This document shows positions 28,149 to 38,736 of a stretch of DNA of 40,287 nucleotides, in pieces. A program made the position numbers and the translations under genes. The notes under the pieces were generated by a model. The model did no database searches and was not told where the DNA came from. It was given only the letters and a program-made list of their open reading frames with translations. Position 1 is the first letter of the stretch; the number at the start of each line of letters is the position of its first letter. The stretch is from assembly GCA_963668025.2 (NCBI GenBank), contig CAXXTH010000020.1:1-40287 (forward strand), written 5' to 3'. The stretch is from Candidatus Hydrogenedentota bacterium. GTDB taxonomy: Bacteria; Hydrogenedentota; Hydrogenedentia; Hydrogenedentales; SLHB01.

Positions 28149-31100
28149 ATGAACGGGGCATATGGCGGCTCTCGGCCCAATAAAACCGATGCGCCCAGGG
28201 GCGGGGCGATGGGCGGGCAAATCGGCGCCAAAGATTGGTCCCAGACGCCAGTGGGGCCTGCCGATGCATGGCCAAGCAGCTTGCGCACATGCGTGAGCCT
28301 GCTTGCCAACAGCAAATGCCCGATGCTCATTCTTTGGGGTGAAGAGGGGATTCCCATCTACAATGACGCCTTTGGCGTTCTTTTGGGAGAAAACCGTGCC
28401 GATTCACTCGGCCTGGCGAGCTGCGCCAGCATGCAAGAAAATGGGCTTATCGATCCGCGCCTGTGGCGCGAGGCCTTCCATGAAGGGCAAGCAGCCCACT
28501 TGGAGAAGCAGCTATTGCTTATCCCCCGCCATGGTTATGCGGAAGAAACGTACTTTAATTTAAGTTACGCTCCAATAGAAAACGATACCCATGAAATAGC
28601 AGGCGTTCTTGTAACCGCCATGGATATCACCCGGCAGGTTATCCTAGAGCGGCGAATGAAGATATTCCACCGCCTTGCGGACGCCTCCAACAATATATGG
28701 TCCGCAAGTAACCGGGATGAACTGTTCATACAAGCAGCGGACGCGGCCCGCCAGTTGTTGGATGCATCGGTGGGATTTTGCGGGTATGAGCTGGGCCCGG
28801 GGCGGCTGTCCATCGTGGCGGTGTCCGCAGGCCTAGAAGAAGCGGCTCATTCACGTGTGCAAGAATACCACTTGGAGGCCGATAGCTCGCTCCTCGATAT
28901 GAATCAAGCAGACGGCTTTATCCGCTTGGAGGAGTCCGAATGGCGCGCCAGGCCAGCCGGTATAGATTTCGGCAAGTGGCCCTTTGCCGTGCATGGCATG
29001 CTCGGAGCGCGCTTTCTGGGAGCGGATAACTGTCCGGCTGGCGGCGTATTCGCTAGCGGCAAAACGGGCGGCCGTGAGTTTACGAGCGAAGACGAAGATA
29101 CCCTCCGGCAGTTAGGCGCGGCCATGTCTATGGCCATGCAGCACCTGGAAGCGCGCACCCGTGCGCAAGCCGAAAAGATCAGCTTAAATGCGGCGATGGA
29201 AGCGCTTCCCATTGGGGTGGCCATTCTCGACAACAAAGGAGGCCAAATCCGGCATAACGCGGAGTTCACAAGAATATGGGGCGGGACGCAGCCGGTTGAA
29301 TCCATACATGAATATAAAAAATACACGGCATGGTGGCAAGACTCCGGAAAAACATTGCAGCCGGAGGAATGGGCTTCCGCGCGGGCGGTGCTGTTTGGTG
29401 AGGCGGCGTTGAATCAAATGCTCGAAATCGAGCGCTTCGATGGAACCCATGCCTTCATCATCAATAATGCCGCGCCGGTTTTCGACGCCGCTGGCGCGGT
29501 CGCCGGGTGCGCCGTGGCTATCCAAGACATCACGGCATTGCGGCAGGCGGAGTTGGCGATACAGCGCGCCCATGAACTCTTGCAGACGGTCATCGAAAGC
29601 ATATCCGACCTCATTTTCGTAAAGGATATCCAGGAGCGTTATGTCATGCTGAACTCTTCGGCTTTGCGCGCCATGGGCAAACCGGCTGCGGAGATCCTTG
29701 GAAAATCCGCCGAAGCTTTCTATGAACCTTGCTTGGCCCAGCATATCCGGGAGATTGAACAACACGTTCTTTCCACGGGCAGCGGCTCCGTAGTGGAAGA
29801 GCAATTGCCCATTCACGGTGAAATGCGGACGATGCTTACGGAAAGAAACGCCTACCGGGATGCCTCGGGCCAGGTGATTGGCCTCGTGGGCATATCGCGG
29901 GACATCACGGACCGCAAGCGGGAGATTAAGGAGCTTCATCAGCTTAACCGGACCTTCCAAGCCCACACACATAGCAATCATGCCATGATGCGCGCCACGA
30001 ATGAACAGCAATATTTGCAGGATGTCTGCCGGGTAATTGCGGAAGACTGCGGTTACGCCATGGTCTGGATCGGCTTTGCGGAAGATAGTGAAAACAAAGT
30101 CGTCCGGCCCGCCGCCCATTATGGCTTCCCCTCGGGATACCTCGAAACCCTCCAAATCACCTGGAGCGATTCGGAACGCGGCCAAGGTCCAACGGGTTCC
30201 GCCATCCGCACCGGAAAACCCAGCATGTGCAGGGATATGATTTCAGATCCCTTGTTCGAGCCGTGGCGCGACGAAGCATGCAGTCATGGATATGCTTCTT
30301 CACTCGCTCTTCCCCTTCAATCGGAAGGCCATGTCTTCGGTTCCATGACCATTTTTTCGAGGGAGCGGGACGCTTTTACCGATGAAGATATGCAGATCCT
30401 GAATGATTTAGCCTGTGATCTCGCCTTTGGCGTGATCACGCTTAGGATGCGCATGGCCCATGCGCGCCTTGAAGAATCCCGCAGGCAGAGCGAAGAACGC
30501 TATCGTGTGCTGGTCGAGCTTTCCCCGGATGCGGTTTTGGTCAACCATGATAACCGCATTACTTTTGCCAACCCGGCAGCCGTTGTCTTGTTCGGCGCAA
30601 AAGATATCCAGGATTTATTAGGGAGATCGCCTTTCGAGCTTTTCCACCACGATAATAAACCCGCCATCCTGGAACGCATTCAATTGCTGTTGGGCGGAAG
30701 GCCCATCCCTCTTATCGAAGAGCGTATTGTGCGGCTGGACGGTGCGGAGCGGGATGTCGAGGTGGCCGCCGCGCCATTTGATGGCCCGGATGGGCGTTCG
30801 ATACAAGTCATTTTGCGCGATGTGACCGGTCGGAAAGCAGCGGAAAGGGCGATTCGCGAAAATGAACAGCGTCTCCGCCAATCCATGCAGGTGGGCAAAA
30901 GCTATGCTTTCGAGTGGCGGACTCTAACCGATGAGGTGTTTCGGACGGAAGAATGCGCGGCCATTTTAGGCCTGTCCGGCGATGCGATCACTCGGGACAC
31001 CTGGACGGGCTTTCTGAAAAAAATACACCCCAGCGACCGGGAACGGTTCTCGAACATTATCCAATCATTGACGCCCGGTAATGATACCTATACAACGACC

Positions 31101-32876
31101 TTCCGGGTAGTCCGCGGGAACGGCATGGTCGTCTTTCTGGAAGAAACCGCCCAGGGCTTTTTTAACAAAGACGGCCAGCTTGAGCGGGTGGTTGGCATGG
31201 CGGCGGATGTCACCAAGCATGAACAGACCACCCATTTATTGCGCCTTGCCCATGCCGAATTGGAGAAAACCGCCGCACAGACTCAAGCAATACTCGATAA
31301 CATGGCCGAAGCCCTGGCAATTACGGATCCGTCCGGGCGCTATATTTATCACAATCCGGCTTCCCTCGCGCTGCATGGGTGCGAGAATGCCGGCGAAGCC
31401 TTGCCAGACCTGGATGATATTGCCGCGGAATGGCTGTTCCAAGATGAATCCAGCCGCGCGTTGCCGCCGGATGAATGGCCCATAACAAAGGCGCTGCAAG
31501 GCGAGCGTTTCGCGGATTATCGCGTGCGTGTGGCCAAGAACGGGACAGGCCAAGCGTTTATCGGCAGCTATGGCGGAGCGCCGGTATATGGAAAGGACGG
31601 CCAGCTCCTATGCGCCATCATCACGATCCGCGATGTCACGCAAGAGATCGAATCCGAACAAAAACTCAAGAGACTCAATCAGTCTCTTGAGGACATGGTG
31701 TGCGAGCGGACGGCGGACCTGGAAAACATGGTGCGGCAATTGGCAGGCGAAATCGAGCGCCGGACTCTGGCCGAACACACATTGCGGGAAAATGCACGCA
31801 TCCTTGAAGCATTCTTCGAACACACGATCACGCCCCTTGCGTTCTTGAGCCGTGATTTTTCCTTTATCCGGGTCAATGACGCCTATGCCCGAGCGGACGC
31901 CAGAAAGGCCGTTGATTTTATCGGGCGGCATCATTTCGAACTGTATCCTGAAGTAGAAAATGAACGCATATTCAGAAAAGTCGTGGAAACAGGCCAGGCC
32001 TATCGGGCTTGGGCCAAACCATTCCTTTATCCAAACAATCTCGAACGAGGCGTCACCTATTGGGATTGGGCGCTCACGCCTATCCGGGATGAAGCCAATG
32101 GTGTGCAGTTTTTGGTGTTGAGCATGGAAGATGTCACCCAGCAAACCTTGGCACAAGCCAATCTCCGCCAGGCTAATGAAGACCTAATGCGCCGAACCCG
32201 GCAGCTCCAGGTGCTGGCGCAACAGCTTTCGGAGACCGAAGAGCGGGAGCGCAAACGGTTGGCCGGGATCCTTCATGATGACCTCCAGCAACTCGTGACC
32301 GGTGCGAGAATCCGCCTAGCGGTATTGATGCGCCGGGTGCGAGGCGGCAAAAAACTGGATAAAGAATTCGAGGAATTGGGGAGATTGCTGGATGATTCGG
32401 CCCGGATCTGCCGGGACTTGTCACATGAATTGGTTTCTCCCGCCCTTGCCACGCATGGAATCACCCCGGCGCTCGAATGGCTCAAGCGGCAAATGAAAGA
32501 GAAATATGGCCTGGAGGTGCAGCTCGATATCACGCCGGGCCTCGATGTCCAGGAGGAATCCATGGCGGTGTTCCTATACCGGGCCGTACAAGAGCTATTG
32601 TTTAATGTCGTCAAACACGCCGGAACGAATTCCGCCGCCATCCAAGTTTGGGAGCTAGACGATTGTATCCAGCTCGCCGTTTCGGATGAAGGCAGGGGAT
32701 TCGACACCACCACCATCCAGTCAGGCTGCGGTGATGGGTTTGGTTTATACAGCATTCAAGAGCGGGCGGATTTGCTTGGCGGCGTGCTCGAACTCGATAG
32801 CGTTCCGGGCAAGGGCACGCACGTGGCGCTTTCGGTTCCCAAGAACACCCTCCACTCGCCTATGGAAGATTCGTGA
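28149..32876 (+). CDS. Cytoplasmic multi-PAS/GAF sensor histidine kinase (HisKA_3)
   Basis: Many PAS/PAC repeats (DIT motifs), two GAF-like regions, ERERKRLAGILHDDLQQ H-box, QELLFNVVKHA, DEGRGFD, GFGL. Confidence 0.95.
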   Translation: MNGAYGGSRPNKTDAPRGGAMGGQIGAKDWSQTPVGPADAWPSSLRTCVSLLANSKCPMLILWGEEGIPIYNDAFGVLLGENRADSLGLASCASMQENGLIDPRLWREAFHEGQAAHLEKQLLLIPRHGYAEETYFNLSYAPIENDTHEIAGVLVTAMDITRQVILERRMKIFHRLADASNNIWSASNRDELFIQAADAARQLLDASVGFCGYELGPGRLSIVAVSAGLEEAAHSRVQEYHLEADSSLLDMNQADGFIRLEESEWRARPAGIDFGKWPFAVHGMLGARFLGADNCPAGGVFASGKTGGREFTSEDEDTLRQLGAAMSMAMQHLEARTRAQAEKISLNAAMEALPIGVAILDNKGGQIRHNAEFTRIWGGTQPVESIHEYKKYTAWWQDSGKTLQPEEWASARAVLFGEAALNQMLEIERFDGTHAFIINNAAPVFDAAGAVAGCAVAIQDITALRQAELAIQRAHELLQTVIESISDLIFVKDIQERYVMLNSSALRAMGKPAAEILGKSAEAFYEPCLAQHIREIEQHVLSTGSGSVVEEQLPIHGEMRTMLTERNAYRDASGQVIGLVGISRDITDRKREIKELHQLNRTFQAHTHSNHAMMRATNEQQYLQDVCRVIAEDCGYAMVWIGFAEDSENKVVRPAAHYGFPSGYLETLQITWSDSERGQGPTGSAIRTGKPSMCRDMISDPLFEPWRDEACSHGYASSLALPLQSEGHVFGSMTIFSRERDAFTDEDMQILNDLACDLAFGVITLRMRMAHARLEESRRQSEERYRVLVELSPDAVLVNHDNRITFANPAAVVLFGAKDIQDLLGRSPFELFHHDNKPAILERIQLLLGGRPIPLIEERIVRLDGAERDVEVAAAPFDGPDGRSIQVILRDVTGRKAAERAIRENEQRLRQSMQVGKSYAFEWRTLTDEVFRTEECAAILGLSGDAITRDTWTGFLKKIHPSDRERFSNIIQSLTPGNDTYTTTFRVVRGNGMVVFLEETAQGFFNKDGQLERVVGMAADVTKHEQTTHLLRLAHAELEKTAAQTQAILDNMAEALAITDPSGRYIYHNPASLALHGCENAGEALPDLDDIAAEWLFQDESSRALPPDEWPITKALQGERFADYRVRVAKNGTGQAFIGSYGGAPVYGKDGQLLCAIITIRDVTQEIESEQKLKRLNQSLEDMVCERTADLENMVRQLAGEIERRTLAEHTLRENARILEAFFEHTITPLAFLSRDFSFIRVNDAYARADARKAVDFIGRHHFELYPEVENERIFRKVVETGQAYRAWAKPFLYPNNLERGVTYWDWALTPIRDEANGVQFLVLSMEDVTQQTLAQANLRQANEDLMRRTRQLQVLAQQLSETEERERKRLAGILHDDLQQLVTGARIRLAVLMRRVRGGKKLDKEFEELGRLLDDSARICRDLSHELVSPALATHGITPALEWLKRQMKEKYGLEVQLDITPGLDVQEESMAVFLYRAVQELLFNVVKHAGTNSAAIQVWELDDCIQLAVSDEGRGFDTTTIQSGCGDGFGLYSIQERADLLGGVLELDSVPGKGTHVALSVPKNTLHSPMEDS

Positions 32877-32903
32877 CCATTATAACGTACTGGATGGATT
32901 GCG

Positions 32904-33155
32904 CTAGGCGCGCGCGCGGGGTTGGTGCGCGATAAATGAGTTTCGCAGAATAGCGAGCAGCTTGGCCTTGGGGTGGCGCGCTTGAATGAGCGCATCCGGA
33001 TTGGCCCATATGGCTTCGAGGGTTTTTTCGACCAACGCTTCCGCCCTGTTCGAGTCATGTACGAGTTTGTACGCCACATCATATGCGATATCGATATGGT
33101 CTAGAACGAATGCCTCCCATTGCAGGCGCGGCGCTTCCTTCATTACTGTACACAT
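32904..33155 (-). CDS. Sigma-70 region 2-only (ECF-like) small protein
   Basis: AYDVAYKLVHDSNRAEALVEKTL...KAKLLAILRNSFI resembles ECF sigma2; RBS-like AGGAAAGG; stops without sigma4. Confidence 0.6.
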   Translation of the reverse strand: MCTVMKEAPRLQWEAFVLDHIDIAYDVAYKLVHDSNRAEALVEKTLEAIWANPDALIQARHPKAKLLAILRNSFIAHQPRARA

Positions 33156-33757
33156 ACTACACCGCCTTTCCTGATACAGCCCATATGCGGCTACTGCCCA
33201 CCCGCCAACGGATGTGTTTGTTCCCAAGGCCAAACACTCCGGTTGTTCCGGCCCTTGTTCTGTACGCGCATGCCTCCCACTACGGATGCAGCCCAAGCAT
33301 TCTTTCTAGCAAACACCATATCGCTCTATTTCCTGTATTAAACTGTATGGCGGCATGGGGAGTCTATCGGGGAGTTTCTTTTTCTTGCCCCGGGAAAATA
33401 CCCACCCTTGGTGATTATGCCCATATGTTATCTCGCCGGTTCCAAATAATGATATATCGCAAGGATGGAAAAACATCTCCGCCCGACTACCGCCCTCGCC
33501 ATATGGCAAAGGAACGACTCCTTGTTAAAGGGCTCTTCGCGATTGAATTTAGAAAAAAAACAGAAGCTAGAATTTTCTTCGTTTCCCATGTGTTTTTTTG
33601 AATGAATGGGGATCTTATCTTTGAAGACACCGATATTAGGATCAGAGAGGTGCAAATGCACTATTTACGCTAAAATTAAAAATAATGAGTCATAAAAACT
33701 ATATGACTGGAGTGGAGTTAGATGGAGAAACCAGGGTATAACGCAGGAGGACGGATT

Positions 33758-34573
33758 ATGAAGAATTGGCTATTCGCTGCATTATTGTGTGGGCTTCTTG
33801 CATCAACGACGGCGGGCGCGGGAACGCTTTATCTCTCGTTCGATGGCGATGATGGGAGTGGTTCAAGTCTCGCAGGCTCGGGAGTTGCCATTGCAGGCGG
33901 CACGGCGGATGTGACCTTTGATGGCAGCATGTGCCGTCTAGGCGCTGGCGATACCCGGCTGGATTTTGGCCAGCTTATCGGAAGTGGCAGTTTCACCGCC
34001 GAGTTTACCGTACATAATCTTGAGGAATTTAACCGCACATTGGGCTGGAACTGGGTGTTCGCATTCCAAGTGCTAGGCGATGGCTATTGCTTGTATCCCG
34101 CAGGCGTATGCGGTGGCGATGGGACCGTGGCCTGGCTGCAGGAGCCAAACCAAGCCGAAATAGCTATCATGGATTGCGGCGTAGGCCTTGGCAGCGATGC
34201 CACCGCTATTTTGGGAGGCACTACCGCCGCCACGATCAAAGCTGAAGTAGATGCTACAGGTAATACCGTCAAGGTTTATGTGGCCTACGATGACGACGCC
34301 ACGAGTGGCACGGCGCGCGCGTCCAATTTCACTCTTGTTGGCACCTATCCTTGGGGCAATTGGTCCACCACCGTCGGCAGCCTGTATTTACAGTCTTATG
34401 ACGCCATCGCGGTAGTGGATGACATCATCATCGAAGGGGGCGAGAGTGTGCCCGATTTCGGTGAAGCGCCGCCGTATGCCCCGAGCGGCGACCTTCCCGT
34501 GGCCTCGCTCATGGGATTGATTGCCTTGGTAGGTATGACGTTAGCCGCTGGAATTCGCCAGTCACGCAGCTAA
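33758..34573 (+). CDS. Secreted beta-sandwich (ConA/LamG-like) protein with C-terminal sorting signal
   Basis: AGGAGG RBS, signal peptide, beta-rich body ending VDDIII, then LPVAS + TM helix + RQSRS. Confidence 0.75.
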   Translation: MKNWLFAALLCGLLASTTAGAGTLYLSFDGDDGSGSSLAGSGVAIAGGTADVTFDGSMCRLGAGDTRLDFGQLIGSGSFTAEFTVHNLEEFNRTLGWNWVFAFQVLGDGYCLYPAGVCGGDGTVAWLQEPNQAEIAIMDCGVGLGSDATAILGGTTAATIKAEVDATGNTVKVYVAYDDDATSGTARASNFTLVGTYPWGNWSTTVGSLYLQSYDAIAVVDDIIIEGGESVPDFGEAPPYAPSGDLPVASLMGLIALVGMTLAAGIRQSRS

Positions 34574-34600
34574 ACACGTCGAGAGACGAAAGCGAGTACA

Positions 34601-34640
34601 CGGCCGCCATCGCCAAACAAGGGCGAGGGCGGCCGGTTTT
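34601..34640 (+). terminator. Intrinsic terminator serving as the group IIC intron target
   Basis: CGGCCGCCATCGCC / GGCGAGGGCGGCCG stem followed by GTTTT, directly before the intron GTGTG. Confidence 0.8.
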
Positions 34641-36523
34641 GTGTGCCAAGCATGGCGCGGATCTAAGGGGTGTAAGTCCCCTGCAAGCCCTGATGGTGGG
34701 AATTGCTAGCCAAGAGCAAGGGCGTCGCCGCGAGGCGGGGTCTGGAGGAAGCAGGAGGCAAAAGTCGGACTCGACGCACAGAAACCGGATAGAAGGCCGG
34801 GGTGGCGGGGCAAGCCAGCAATGGATGGCGACGCCCAATAACCATTCGGACACACCTTGGTAAATCCGGCGAGGCCCGGCGGAAAGAGGCGCGTCTTACC
34901 TTGGGAGACCTGTTCATCTGTCTGGAAGAGCCAGACTAGCGGGATGGCAACATGTCGCGAGGGGTGGGCAGGAGTCAGCCGAGGCCATAATACCCGCAAG
35001 GGGAAGGGCCGAATCGATCATTCAAGGAGCAGCATTGAACGTCTCGTGGGATAGGGAGCGGCAGGAAGTAGCAGGTTGCCAGATGGAGTTCCCACTGGAG
35101 TCGGCTTGCCACGGCGCAATCGGAGAAGGCGGAACCGAATCGGATGCGTTCGAGGCGCGGCAACTATCCCCGGCGGCGAACAAGAGGCGAGCCTTGACGC
35201 AAGACTTGATGGAACGGGTCGCGAGTCTTGCGAACCTGACGGAAGCGGTACGCCGGGTGCAACGGAACAAAGGCGCGGCGGGTGCGGACGTCATGAGCGT
35301 ACGCGACCTGAAGCGTTGGTTTCCGGAACACTGGCGGGGACTGCAAGAGGAACTGACGGCAGGGCGCTACCGTCCCCAACCGGTGTTGGGAGTGCAAATC
35401 CCCAAGCCGGGCGGGGGGATGCGGCAACTGGGCATTCCGACGGTGGTGGACCGAGTCGTGCAACAAGCGCTCTTGCAGGCTCTCGAACCGCTTCTAGACC
35501 CGGCCTTCTCGGAAAGCAGTTATGGATTTCGTCCAAGGCACAATGCACATCAGGCGCTGCGGCAAGCCAGCACGTACGTAAGCGAAGGCCGCTGCATTGT
35601 TGTGGACATGGACCTGGAAAAATTCTTCGACCGGGTCAACCACGACATCCTGATGGCGCGCGTGGCGCGGCACGTGTCAGACAAACGCGTACTCCGACTC
35701 ATCCGCCGGTTTCTTGAAGTGGGCATGATGCAGAACGGCGTATGCATCGAACGATACGAAGGGACCCCGCAAGGCGGTCCTCTATCGCCGCTGCTGGCCA
35801 ACCTGCTCTTGGACGACCTGGACAAGGAGTTGGAGAAACGAGGGCATCGTTTTTGCCGCTATGCGGACGACTGCAACATTTACGTGCAGACGATACGCGC
35901 GGGAGAACGTGTCCTGACATCGGTCACGCAGTTCCTTGAGGGGAAACTGAAACTACGCGTGAACCGCGAGAAGAGCGCGGTGGCGTTCGTGGGAGAGCGG
36001 AAATTTTTGGGTTATCGCTTGCTGGGTGGGGGGCGATTGGGCATCGCGCCCAAGAGCCTCGACCGGGCGAAAGACCGCATCCGCGACATCACGCGACGCA
36101 ACCGCGGCGACGCCAAAGTGCGCCAGATGATTGAGGAGCTCAACAGCTTCCTGAGCGGCTGGATAACCTACTATCGGTTTGCCGAAGCAAAGGGCCATCT
36201 GGAACGCCTCGGGGAATGGATGCGGCGCAAACTGCGCTGCGTCATCCTCAAACGCCTCAAGCGCACGAAAACCATAGCGGACTTCCTTAGAAAACTAGGC
36301 GTGCCGCAATTTCAGGCGTGGATACTCGCAGGGTCCGGGAAGGGCTGGTGGCGCAAAGCGGGGAGTCCTCCCGCGCAACACGCCATGGACAAACAATGGT
36401 TCGCGAAACAAAAACTGATAGACCCGGTTCAACGGTACGAAACGTTCAAAAATGACCGAAACCGCCGTGGTACCGAGCAGGTATGCCCGGTGGTGTGAGA
36501 GGGGGGGGACCGTGAGGAACCCC
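34641..36523 (+). mobile_element. Group IIC intron, truncated in domain VI
   Basis: 5' GTGTG after a terminator; domain V AACCGCCGTGG...CGGTGGTGTGAGAGG with CGC triad; domain VI cut by ISAs1 at 36524. Confidence 0.9.
35083..36498 (+). CDS. ltrA: Group II intron reverse transcriptase/maturase, no endonuclease domain
   Basis: RQLGIPTVVDR, SYGFRP, DLEKFFD, GTPQGGPLSP, RYADD, FLGY, domain X GWITYY; start uncertain. Confidence 0.95.
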   Translation: MEFPLESACHGAIGEGGTESDAFEARQLSPAANKRRALTQDLMERVASLANLTEAVRRVQRNKGAAGADVMSVRDLKRWFPEHWRGLQEELTAGRYRPQPVLGVQIPKPGGGMRQLGIPTVVDRVVQQALLQALEPLLDPAFSESSYGFRPRHNAHQALRQASTYVSEGRCIVVDMDLEKFFDRVNHDILMARVARHVSDKRVLRLIRRFLEVGMMQNGVCIERYEGTPQGGPLSPLLANLLLDDLDKELEKRGHRFCRYADDCNIYVQTIRAGERVLTSVTQFLEGKLKLRVNREKSAVAFVGERKFLGYRLLGGGRLGIAPKSLDRAKDRIRDITRRNRGDAKVRQMIEELNSFLSGWITYYRFAEAKGHLERLGEWMRRKLRCVILKRLKRTKTIADFLRKLGVPQFQAWILAGSGKGWWRKAGSPPAQHAMDKQWFAKQKLIDPVQRYETFKNDRNRRGTEQVCPVV

Positions 36524-36537
36524 CAGGGCAGACGCAT

Positions 36538-36914
36538 CTAAAATCCCAATAATTGCTGGAGAAACGGCATATCAAGTGCGGCGAATATCCTTTTTTGTCG
36601 TTGCGAAATATTCTCTTCCGTGTTCCTCTTGATGAGGTTGAGTGCGATTCGGCGCAGCGTGGCCAGATTCTGTGCGGCGTTTTTGGTCCGGGCGCGGCTT
36701 TGGTCTTCCCGGAAGGTCACGTCGAGAGACCAATGGAGCTGGTTTTCGACACCCCAGTGGCCCCGCACGGCTTTTGCGAAGGCCTCAATATCACGAGGAA
36801 GGCTGGTGAGGAAATAGCGGCGTTCGATGGTGTTTTTGCCTTTGACGCAGCGGATCGACTCGACCATGCCGATGCTGCGCAAGCCCTTCCACCGCTTTTT
36901 GTCTGCCACCCAGT
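36538..36914 (-). pseudogene. ISAs1 transposase C-terminal part
   Basis: VRGHWGVENQLHWSLDVTFRED; joins the N-terminal part at DIDWVA|DKKRW. Confidence 0.9.
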
Positions 36915-38736
36915 GATGCATTTGCGAAATAAAGAAAATCCGTATTGACAAGGGTTTACAAAGCGGCGGAATTGGCGCCTACCCCGGAGAATGCGGGGAA
37001 AGGGGCTTGGCGGGGGCATGAATAAGGATTTTTTGTGAAAAATCACCCCAAATGCCCTCGGCGAGCGGGAAAAGGCGTAACGTCTCCCGTGTGTGATTGT
37101 AGTATAGTTGACCACATAACCACGCACACACCAAGGAGACGTTTGCGATGGCCATTATACACCAAATGGGGTTGTTCTCGTGGAACCAGGTCGACGCGGC
37201 GTCGGATCTGGATCGGCTGAACCTGTTGCTGGCGGCGCTGCCGGATGAAGATTTGATGCGGGCGATGGAAGCCGAACGCAAGGGGCGGCGCGACGATTAT
37301 CCTATCCGCGCGATGTGGAACAGCATACTGGCGGGGATCGTCTTCCAGCACGACGGCGTCGAAAGCCTGCGCCGCGAACTAGCCCGAAACGGGCAATTGC
37401 GCCAGTTGTGCGGATTCGACGTGTTGCGGGGCGCCAAGGCGGTCCCGCCCGAATGGGTGTACACGCGGTTCTTCGCCAGATTACTGCGCCACTGGAAAGA
37501 AGTGGACCGGATGTTCGACGCGCTCATCGTCCGGCTGATGGAACGCTTGCCGGATCTCGGGGTGCGTCTGGCCGTAGACTCGAAAGCCATCCAAACCCAC
37601 GCCAAGCCTCCGCGCAAAGACGCGGTCCTGGAAAACGAAGAGCCGGACGGGCGGCGCGACCGCGACGCAGACTGGGGCACGAAAACCTACAAGGGCGTTC
37701 ACAAGGACGGCACGCCCTGGGAGAAGGTCAAACGGTGGTTCGGCTACAAGCTGCACCTCATCGTGGACACGAAATACGAATTGCCGCTGGGCTACGCGGT
37801 CACGAAAGCCAGCGCCAACGACTCGCCCTTTCTGCTGCCCCTCGTGGCGGCTCTCGACGCGCGCCACCCCGAACTCGTCCAACGCGCCGAGTACCTCAGC
37901 GCCGACAAGGGCTATGATTCCGAAGCCAACAACAAGGGCCTCTTCGAGGAACATGAAATCCGGCCCATCGTGGACATCCGGGCGACCTGGAAAGAAGAAC
38001 CGGAACGGCCCCGCCCTTTATATCCCGAACGGGTAGACACGATCTTCCATACCGAACGAGGTGAAGTCCTCTGCCGGTGTCGTAACGGCGCCCCAAACGA
38101 ACGCGACAACTATGATTCCATGGCCTACCAAGGATTCGAGCAAGATCGGGGAACCTTGAAATACCGTTGCCCAGCCAAGGCGCGCGGGAGCGCCTGTACC
38201 CAGCAAGACCTCTGCAACCAAGGATGCCAGCCCGAACACGGACGGATTGTCCGCGTGCCCATCGCTATCGACCGGCGCATCTTTACCCCCCTGCCCCGCA
38301 GCGCCAAATCCTGGCGCCGCGAATACAAACACCGCACCGCCATCGAGCGAGTCAACAGCCGACTCGACGGCGCATACGGATTCGAGCGCCACTACATCCG
38401 CGGTATGAAAAAGATGCGCGCCCGCACCGGATTAGCCCTCCTCGTCATGCTCGGCATGGCCCTGGGATGGCTCGAAGCCGGCCAGGCAGAACGCATGCGC
38501 TCGCTCCTCGGACAGCCCCGCGCCGCATAGATCACATCGAATCCGCACAAGCAATGATGGCCCGAATCAAGGGCAAACCATGCCCATTCGGGCCGCAAGG
38601 GTCCTACACGCGAACCTCCTGCATGATTTATTGCACCCGTAGCGGAGGCGTAATCCCATTGCCACAGGCGAAAACCGCTCCGCGTGTGCCCGCACCGTCC
38701 GCGCGTTCGCAAACCACGCTATTTCGCAAATGCCAC
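36915..38736 (+). mobile_element. IS1182/IS5-like IS inserted in the ISAs1 transposase
   Basis: IR core GCATTTGCGAAATA / TATTTCGCAAATGC; direct repeat TGCCACCCAGT at 36904-36914 and 38731-38741; right end lies between 38730 and 38736. Confidence 0.88.
37148..38530 (+). CDS. DDE transposase (DUF772-type N-terminus; IS1182/IS5-like)
   Basis: AVDSK, FGYKLH, ADKGYD, YKHRTAIERVNS; AAGGAG RBS. Confidence 0.88.
   Translation: MAIIHQMGLFSWNQVDAASDLDRLNLLLAALPDEDLMRAMEAERKGRRDDYPIRAMWNSILAGIVFQHDGVESLRRELARNGQLRQLCGFDVLRGAKAVPPEWVYTRFFARLLRHWKEVDRMFDALIVRLMERLPDLGVRLAVDSKAIQTHAKPPRKDAVLENEEPDGRRDRDADWGTKTYKGVHKDGTPWEKVKRWFGYKLHLIVDTKYELPLGYAVTKASANDSPFLLPLVAALDARHPELVQRAEYLSADKGYDSEANNKGLFEEHEIRPIVDIRATWKEEPERPRPLYPERVDTIFHTERGEVLCRCRNGAPNERDNYDSMAYQGFEQDRGTLKYRCPAKARGSACTQQDLCNQGCQPEHGRIVRVPIAIDRRIFTPLPRSAKSWRREYKHRTAIERVNSRLDGAYGFERHYIRGMKKMRARTGLALLVMLGMALGWLEAGQAERMRSLLGQPRAA

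Noticed and set aside
33083-33661. Several ORFs in the AT-richer stretch before 33758
   Set aside because: No RBS or protein-like features; more likely a divergent promoter region
35035-36498. RT as a DGR, retron or defence RT
   Set aside because: YADD, domain X, a GTGTG 5' end, domain V and terminator targeting identify an ordinary group IIC intron; no TR/VR pair or msr-msd was seen
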